Source: Paraphysomonas bandaiensis
Taxonomy: Eukaryota; Protista; Chrysophyceae
Assembly (NCBI GenBank): GCA_965644295.1
Contig: CBFFRP010000452.1
Coordinates: 1-32,936, forward strand
Reading direction: 5' to 3'
DNA length: 32,936 nucleotides
A model generated the notes under the pieces. The model had not been told where the DNA came from. It made no database searches and saw only the letters and a program-made list of their open reading frames with translations. The translations under genes and the position numbers were made by a program. Below are positions 25,938 to 32,936 of this stretch, piece by piece (the first letter of the stretch is position 1; the number at the start of each line of letters is the position of its first letter).

Positions 25938-27719
25938 GAACTCTGAAGGTTTATATATAGAGATCTGTGTAGTCTCTACATATGGGAGGATACTGCTGTG
26001 TATACTGTGAGCCAGATATATCTGCTGCTGCTGTATACATATACATATATGTATGCATACATACATACACATCCGTGAGGGTCACTTGATATAAAAATTT
26101 CAGATTGCTTGAGGCATTTTTTTTGTAGCTTAAGTTTCAATAAAAATGCAGTATTTTCTACTACAGTTTACAAAATTCGGGATTTTGATAGCTATTATTC
26201 ATATTTTCACACTTTTTTACACAATTTTAGAGAATATTTGTCATTTTTTTTCAGTTTCAGGTACTGCGGAAAGATATCACTCCTATGCAATCTATACACA
26301 CATGCGCTTTGTCTTTAACTGCTATATGCATGATACAACTAGTAGATATATATACCATTGAAGTTTTTTGTGCTCAAAAGTTCCAGAGATGCAATTCGAG
26401 TCACATAACCGGTTGCATAATTCTCATGCAAGACGTGAGATGCGATATGGCCATATTCTGATGGGTTAGTTCCAGTTCCAGCCTCATGTCTCTGATATAT
26501 GATTATTATGAGGTGTAAACTACATTCATCATGAATCATATCAATGTAACTACATGTGGATAATGTACAGCAATGAGACATTCATTGCAACAGCGTGATC
26601 TTATTGCCAATTTTAAAGTTACTGTACACTCAACAACTACACGTATGCATATGTTTCAGCTGTTTCACTTCATCTACATGAAGTAAATGTTGAGTTTATG
26701 TGCTACAGAAAATTAGCGCCAGAAGTCCGCCCTTCTCTTTTTTCCTGTTATCTTGTAAGCGCCACGGCAGGTTTTGAATGTAGTAACACTTAATTGACGT
26801 TTGTGTGAGCATGCTAAATCTCAGAACGTATAATAGCACTGTTTGCAACCGAATGATACGACTGTGCACTCTCAGTATGAAGCTTTAGTTGAGATATAAA
26901 ACTCTACTTTCCTAGTAGTTGAGTTATAGATGCAGCAAAGCGCGAGATATCTAAACTACGAGATTCATGTTCTGCTTCTGCTTGATTAATGAGTACTTAG
27001 TACATCAACGAGAAGCTCACACTACATTATACATATTCTTTGAATAATACAGAGTAATTGTCGTTCTAAAAGTACTATAATTTAGTAATTAAGTGTTGTG
27101 TTTACTGAATTTAGTTTTCTCATTTCAAAGGGAATCGATGTCTATTTCTTACAGCAACAGCAATTGCACTTTAAATCTTATTGTAATTTAATTCTTATCG
27201 TATATAGTACCATACTAAAACATTATACAATGTGAAATTATGATACAAGCATCTTCTTTTAATAAACAACATTTCTCGAACCACGAAAGATAGATCTAAT
27301 CTTGTACTTCAACATTTACTCCATTGTGGTCGACTGGTAGCTACAGTATTCATTACTATATGTCTAAGACACAAAAAATATTTAGAGAATTTGGGACTGA
27401 GTGGGGAATTCTAGACCTAAACGGGAATACTTCCCTCGTAGGTAAGTAGGTAGCATATTAAGAGCATATAATCATATTTCGAGATACTTTCGTAGGGAAT
27501 ACAAATACAGGTATAGTATTTCGCATTCACCAATGCTGAAACATGAAAAGATTGAAAAAGTGAACTGTTAGGACTTGCCCTATGTTAATCGCTTATGGAC
27601 GCCGGGAGATATTACTGCACTAAATCATGCACATAATCAAATACTAGCAACATATGCAAGAATTTGATAACGTCTACTTCAACTTTATAAACATTATTGG
27701 TTGCTTCACGTTTAACTAC

Positions 27720-28025
27720 CTATTTCATGAACTGAAATCCCCCAGAGAAATGAATTAGAAACGCCACGATGCCGGCAACAATGGCAAACGTGACGGCATT
27801 GTTCAATAAATCATTCTGTCTTGGGCCGAGCTCCTTCTCAATTTCAGCAACAGCCTCAGATATTGCTACATCATCTTCACAAGTGCGATCGTCCCCCTTG
27901 TCATTAATTGTGTTGTTGTCTCTTTCAATTCCTGCCAGTGTAAGGTCGACTACGATACATATGAGTATAATAACAAGAATAATAAATTAAGAAGATGTCT
28001 TACCCTCGCTGGAGTGAATTTTCAT
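27720..28025 (-). CDS. 83-aa acidic, probably tail-anchored membrane microprotein, 2 exons (28025-28004, 27949-27720)
   Basis: ATGAAAATTCACTCCAGCGAGG|gtaaga…tcgtag| gives MKIHSSEVDLTLAGIERD…EAVAEIEKELGPRQNDLLNNAVTFAIVAGIVAFLIHFSGGFQFMK*. Not in the supplied ORF track. Confidence 0.7.
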
Positions 28026-28126
28026 TGCACAATTTATTTAAGAGAGTGAGAGATTGGGAGTATAAGTATATATATAGCAGAGTGATAACAACATAAAACA
28101 ACAATGATCAAATTAGCTGACTCTGA

Positions 28127-28248
28127 CATACATACATACATACATACATACATACATACATACATACATACATACATACATACATACATACATACATACA
28201 TACATACATACATACATACATACATACATACATACATACATACATACA

Positions 28249-28278
<30 letters not shown>
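28127..28278 (+). repeat. Perfect (CATA)n array, 38 units
   Basis: Directly visible; lies between divergent starts 28025 (-) and 28560 (+). Confidence 0.99.
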
Positions 28279-28279
<1 letters not shown>

Positions 28280-28559
28280 GTACAGTATATACACTGTACG
28301 TACATGTACAGTACATACATACAGGGGCGGTGAAAAAGTGGTGGTTTTATCCCAAAAAGTTTGGTTTTACAACAGTTGGAAACATATATACATACAGCCA
28401 AGCCTTCCTACGAAACTCAATATTGGTATTTTATAATGTGTGTAGATTTTTCCAGGTATTTCCTGGAACACATACAAAGACACGCCCAATCCTCCATACC
28501 ATACATCCAACATGATACTCATATACTCATGTATATTACAGCATAATAAGTGAATAGAG

Positions 28560-29483
28560 ATGAATGCAACTCCATCAGATAATCAATCAGGATTTTTCGA
28601 TCTAGAAGATAGTGTATCATGGATGAGCTATATGGAGGAACATGGATACTGTGTGATACGCTCTGTGGCTACTGAAGAAGAGTGTCATACAGCTGTAGAG
28701 ATGTTATGGACGGACATGACACGGATATACGGTGCTGTAAAGACGGATATTAATACATGGGGAAAGATACCTACAAATGGACCTGGTATTATCTCATCAC
28801 ACTTACCACAGTCATCCGGTGCATGGCTTATACGTGGATTAGATACAGTTCGATCTGCATTCAGCACTATATGGGGAACAGATAGGCTTATAGTATCAAT
28901 GGATTCTCTGTTGATATGGCTCCCATGGTGGTATAACTCATCCTGGAAACCTGTCTCTGAAGGATTGCATCTTGATCAAAACCCATTCTTTAAACCAGAC
29001 AAATGCTGTGTTCAAGGGATGGTCCCATTGACTGATGTCACAGATGTTACTGGAGGTCTAGAAGTCGTACCTTTCTCCCATTTACCTGATGCAAAAGAGC
29101 GATTCAAGCAAGCACATCCTCAGTATAATGCAATACCGTCAGATTGGTGTGTATTACGACGTCCTGATAGATTGGGGCCAGATCCTGTGCTCATAAAAGC
29201 CAAAGCGGGTGATTTGATCCTGTGGGACTCTAGAACAGTGCATGGTGGTAAAGTTGGCACAGGATTCCCGGAAAACTTTCAACAAGAACTTGCTCGATTA
29301 GCTGTGACTGTTTGCATGACTCCCAGAGATTTTGCTAGAGAGAGAGTACTAAGTATGCGTAGAGAGGGTTTTTTAAAGGGAAAAACATTTACACACTGGC
29401 CCCATGAAGCGCGATGGACAAGTTCAGGAAGTGATTCGTATGTACCAGTGGAGCTTTCTTCGCGTGTGAATGAACTGATATAA
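28560..29483 (+). CDS. Phytanoyl-CoA dioxygenase (PhyH)-family 2OG-Fe(II) oxygenase, intronless, 307 aa
   Basis: EEHGYCVI, GLHLDQNP (HxD), VQGMVPL, GGLEVVPFSH, KAGDLILWDSRTVH. Confidence 0.88.
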   Translation: MNATPSDNQSGFFDLEDSVSWMSYMEEHGYCVIRSVATEEECHTAVEMLWTDMTRIYGAVKTDINTWGKIPTNGPGIISSHLPQSSGAWLIRGLDTVRSAFSTIWGTDRLIVSMDSLLIWLPWWYNSSWKPVSEGLHLDQNPFFKPDKCCVQGMVPLTDVTDVTGGLEVVPFSHLPDAKERFKQAHPQYNAIPSDWCVLRRPDRLGPDPVLIKAKAGDLILWDSRTVHGGKVGTGFPENFQQELARLAVTVCMTPRDFARERVLSMRREGFLKGKTFTHWPHEARWTSSGSDSYVPVELSSRVNELI

Positions 29484-29703
29484 AACATGGATTTTAGTAG
29501 TATGTATCGGTCGAATTGTGGTTTTGCTTTTTGGACTATTTAACATGCACGAAATTACATGCATAGGTTATGGTAGAAACTAGCCTATTTCAAATTATAA
29601 ATGTGAAGTATTAGCTGTAAATAATTACTTCTTTTTATCATTACTACTATACCTAATTGATAAAGTAGAGCCTAACTAATGTCCATCAAGCACACACTAC
29701 CAT

Positions 29704-32539
29704 CTAATGATCCTTCTTTCTGCGCTTTGATGATTTCTTAGAATTCTTTTCGGATGATTTACTGCTCATAACGTCTCTAACATTAGCTTCAGCTTCGTCC
29801 TCGTAGTCACCTGCATCGGCAAAAACGCTTGCACTCTTTGCTGACCTCTTCTTCGATTTACTTTGTTTCTTTGTCTTCTTCTCTACGAATTCGCTGAAGT
29901 CTATATCTGATGTCTCAGACTCCATGCCACTAGCATTTTCATCATCCTCCCACTGCTGCAGCTGTATCCCCCCATCATCATCAGAATCAGAATCAGCAGA
30001 CCCAACAGAGCCATCCGCATCAGGATCCATCATGTCATCACTGTCATCGTCTTCATTCACCGCCGATGGTTCGTCACCATCAAAGTCATCACCATCATCT
30101 TCACCATCACTAACAAAATCTCCCATATCTGACAGATCTTCATCGTCATGATCTTCCATTAGGTCCTCCGCCAGTCTGTCAGCAAATTTATCAATTTCTT
30201 CCTCTCCAAAGTCTGAACCCAGGTCACTGTTATCATCATCATCATCTTCTGATTGTCTCTTCTTGGAGCGATTTCTGCTCTTGCCCTCTGCACGCAGCCG
30301 ATTTCGATCACCGAAGAACTTATAAAAGAATGCCTTTTCAGGTGCAATTTCACTCGGCTGAGCATGTACGAACGCAGAAGAATTGACAGGGTCCTCTTGT
30401 GCAGCCTGTGCTCGTCTGCGCCTTTGTTCTACCATTGACTTCTTTGGGTTCTTATACGCAAAGCGATTAAGGAAGGCTGTCAAGCTGAGATCCACAGTAG
30501 GATCACCAGAGTATGATATGGTATGATCCGAGCGTGGATCAAGAAATGAGGTGGCAAAAGCCTGAACAGAGGGATGAAAATGGGACCGGAAAAGAGTCAT
30601 CTCCCACGCACTAGCGGGGGCCTTGCAGGAGTGTTCTGGATCACGCTTAGAAGCATCAAAGTTCCCCAGAGCCCAATACATCTCTTCGCTATCTTCAGGA
30701 GCATCCACGGTTTCCACACGAGACAAGAGTTGGTCACGGACAGTGGGCCGCGCCTTGCAGACCTCAGAGACAAGGAAGATGAGACCAGCAGCTACTGGAG
30801 CTGTGCTGTGTGAAGCGCAGAGCAACACGCGCTTGACATACGCCATCACCCTATGTGCAATTCCATTATAATTTATATGCTCATAGACCAAGGAAAAGAA
30901 ATACATATATATGGAGTGCTAAACTAAACAGCTCACCTCATTTCAAGAGGGTCGCGTTTCATGCTACGGAAGAGTAGATTCAAAAACAGGGTATTGTGTG
31001 TTCTGGTAAGGATCTAGAGGAAATAGCAGAGTTAGCAAAGAAACATCACCGCATTTTGCAACTTACATCGTCTGACAAGAGCTTCGCATATAAAGAGCGA
31101 TAAAATCTAGATATGAGGTCTTTATCGACTATCTGCTTGTCATTGCTACCCTTGTCTGCTCCCTGCTCAGCCCCAATGTCACCCGATAGCGCAAGATGCG
31201 ATATGAGGGTCAAGGCCTGGGTTGCGGTTGAGAAAGAGGACTTGTGCACAATACGAAACAGAGCATCCAAGTGTTTCGAGAGCCCAGAGCGGTCAACAAG
31301 AAACGGAAATGCTCTGTTTATTCCTGACAGCAGCGCAGATAGCAACTTCGAGCCAAGCTGCTCCTGCGTCACCGCCTTCTCGAAGAGGCTAACATAACAT
31401 TCCACAAGCTGTCCCGCAACTTCTGATTCTGCGCGGGAAAGGGTCAACTGAGAAAGGAAAAGTACACCACTGTACACTGCTCTCGGGGGAAGATTTGGAC
31501 GAGAAATGAGCTGCCTGACTTCCCTTACCATGACTCCCTTCATGGCAGGGTGACGATAGACAACCTTTCCCAAAAGATCGATGCAACGTGTGCATATCTT
31601 GGACGACGGGTCTCCTAACTTATTCACCAGTGCAGCAAGTAGACGCCCTTCCTGTTCAGGTTTGCCGACTATCCACTCGAAGGTCATCTCCATGCACTTT
31701 CCTTTGAAAAAGTCCACGGAAGACTTAAGGCCTGCTTCGAGCGCAGCTACAATACGCTCCATACGAATGATGAGCTGGTCCTCAAACCAAAAGATAAGTG
31801 CAGTCTCCATGGTCATATCAGGATGTCCCAAAGGCCGCGATAAAAAAGGACGTAAACGGCGGTCGGGCAGCAAGTTGTGCACAAGAAGATCCTTGAGTGC
31901 TTCTAAAGCCAACTGAGAGGTGCGCTGTTCCTTCTTTGCAGCCATTGCCACCAAAGTATCAAGGGTATCCAATGTATGTGGAGGGGAATTTTGAATCCTT
32001 AGAGCCAAAGCGGCAACTTTATCTGATAAAGTACCAGACCGTATGACTTCATTGATCCACTTCTCGTCTTCAGATGTTTGTCCTGCATTCTTATTTTTAT
32101 GGAACAATGCCACTTCTGCAGCAAAGGCAGACTCCACTGTAGAGGTAATAAGTTCTAAATTCTGCTTATTTGTTCTATGATCATTAACATCCACTCCATC
32201 GAATGCAGTCACCAATTCATACCATTTCAATTCACCAGTTAGTGATATACACGACTTACTAGGATCCATCTTAACATTTACCCATTTAATCTCCTTTGGA
32301 GCTTTAGGTGCAGGTGATTTACTCACAGTTTTCTCAGATATTGATGTATTTAATGAAGATTTCTCTTTCTTTTCTTTTCCCCATTTTCTAGCATTGTTTT
32401 TATGTTTTGTTGTTTCATTGACCTTCTTTGAAGGTTTCGTTGACTTGGTTTCAAGAGGATCTACTTTACCATTACCAGATAAACCAAGTGATTTAATAAA
32501 TGCTGCTGTTTCATCTTGTATTGTACCAGTAGATGACAT
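29704..32539 (-). CDS. CEBPZ: CBF/Mak21/Noc1 ribosome biogenesis protein (CEBPZ), 3 exons
   Basis: SGTLSDKVAAL, KPEQEGRLL…LVNKLGDP, RFYRSLYAKLL, LFLNLLFRSMK (small exon about 30938-31014), KRDP, HFHPSV, FLNRFAYKNPKK, and an acidic then basic tail. Confidence 0.92.
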
Positions 32540-32619
32540 GCTTACTTATATATATATATGTATGTGTATATATATGAGTGGATTCATATGGTGAGTGTTT
32601 TGATGAAGTGTCATATTCA

Positions 32620-32860
32620 CGTACTTCACTTCCAGTCACCTGACTGGTTCCGCTTTAGTTTGGACGGTATACATACACCCACAGAGTACTCGCGTATTTA
32701 TGGTGACTGAATTTAGCTTGTTACGGGCTTTTTTAGCATAAAAATTCCAATTTGTGCATAAAACACACAATTTATGTCGAAATTGATATGGCCGTCCCAT
32801 ATATACTGCCACCAACACGACGCCCGCAGTTTTTAGTTCCGTAAAAACCCCATTTTTATA
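32620..32860. promoter_or_regulatory. Putative A/T-tract promoter upstream of CEBPZ
   Basis: A/T tracts with interspersed CpG (ttttttagcataaaaatt, gtaaaaaccccattttt), flanked on both sides by TA/TG-rich sequence. Positional inference only. Confidence 0.35.
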
Positions 32861-32936
32861 TATGAGATGATGATATGAGTGTGCTTGTCCTGCTGTACAT
32901 AGGAGTGTGTGTACTGCTGCATGTAATATAGCAGTA

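Overview
Gene-dense eukaryotic nuclear DNA with many short (mostly 45-80 nt) GT-AG introns, probably from a protist. A stramenopile such as a chrysophyte is a low-confidence guess. By manual splicing I reconstruct 12 protein-coding genes: an ARM-like hypothetical protein, a myristoylation-motif 2OG-Fe(II) dioxygenase, a mitochondrial citrate carrier, AKTIP, a TPR + MidA-type methyltransferase, an SF1/FUBP chimeric KH protein, a secreted hypothetical protein, an MST/Hippo-like kinase with a SARAH-like tail, a cytochrome P450, an 83-aa tail-anchored microprotein missed by the ORF track, a PhyH dioxygenase and CEBPZ/Mak21. Strands alternate almost strictly (- + - + - + - + - - + -). The most striking feature is that all four long, near-perfect (CATA)n arrays (about 150-570 bp) lie in head-to-head intergenic gaps, about 80-280 bp from start codons. 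Degenerate TA/CA repeats and CpG depletion extend into first exons and introns, which suggests a microsatellite-based bidirectional promoter architecture. A 1.75-kb insertion bounded by a perfect 15-bp target-site duplication, carrying an orphan 456-aa ORF, lies between two convergent genes. The (MYVC)n/(HTYI)n ORFs in the track are repeat artefacts. All exon structures are inferred from sequence alone.
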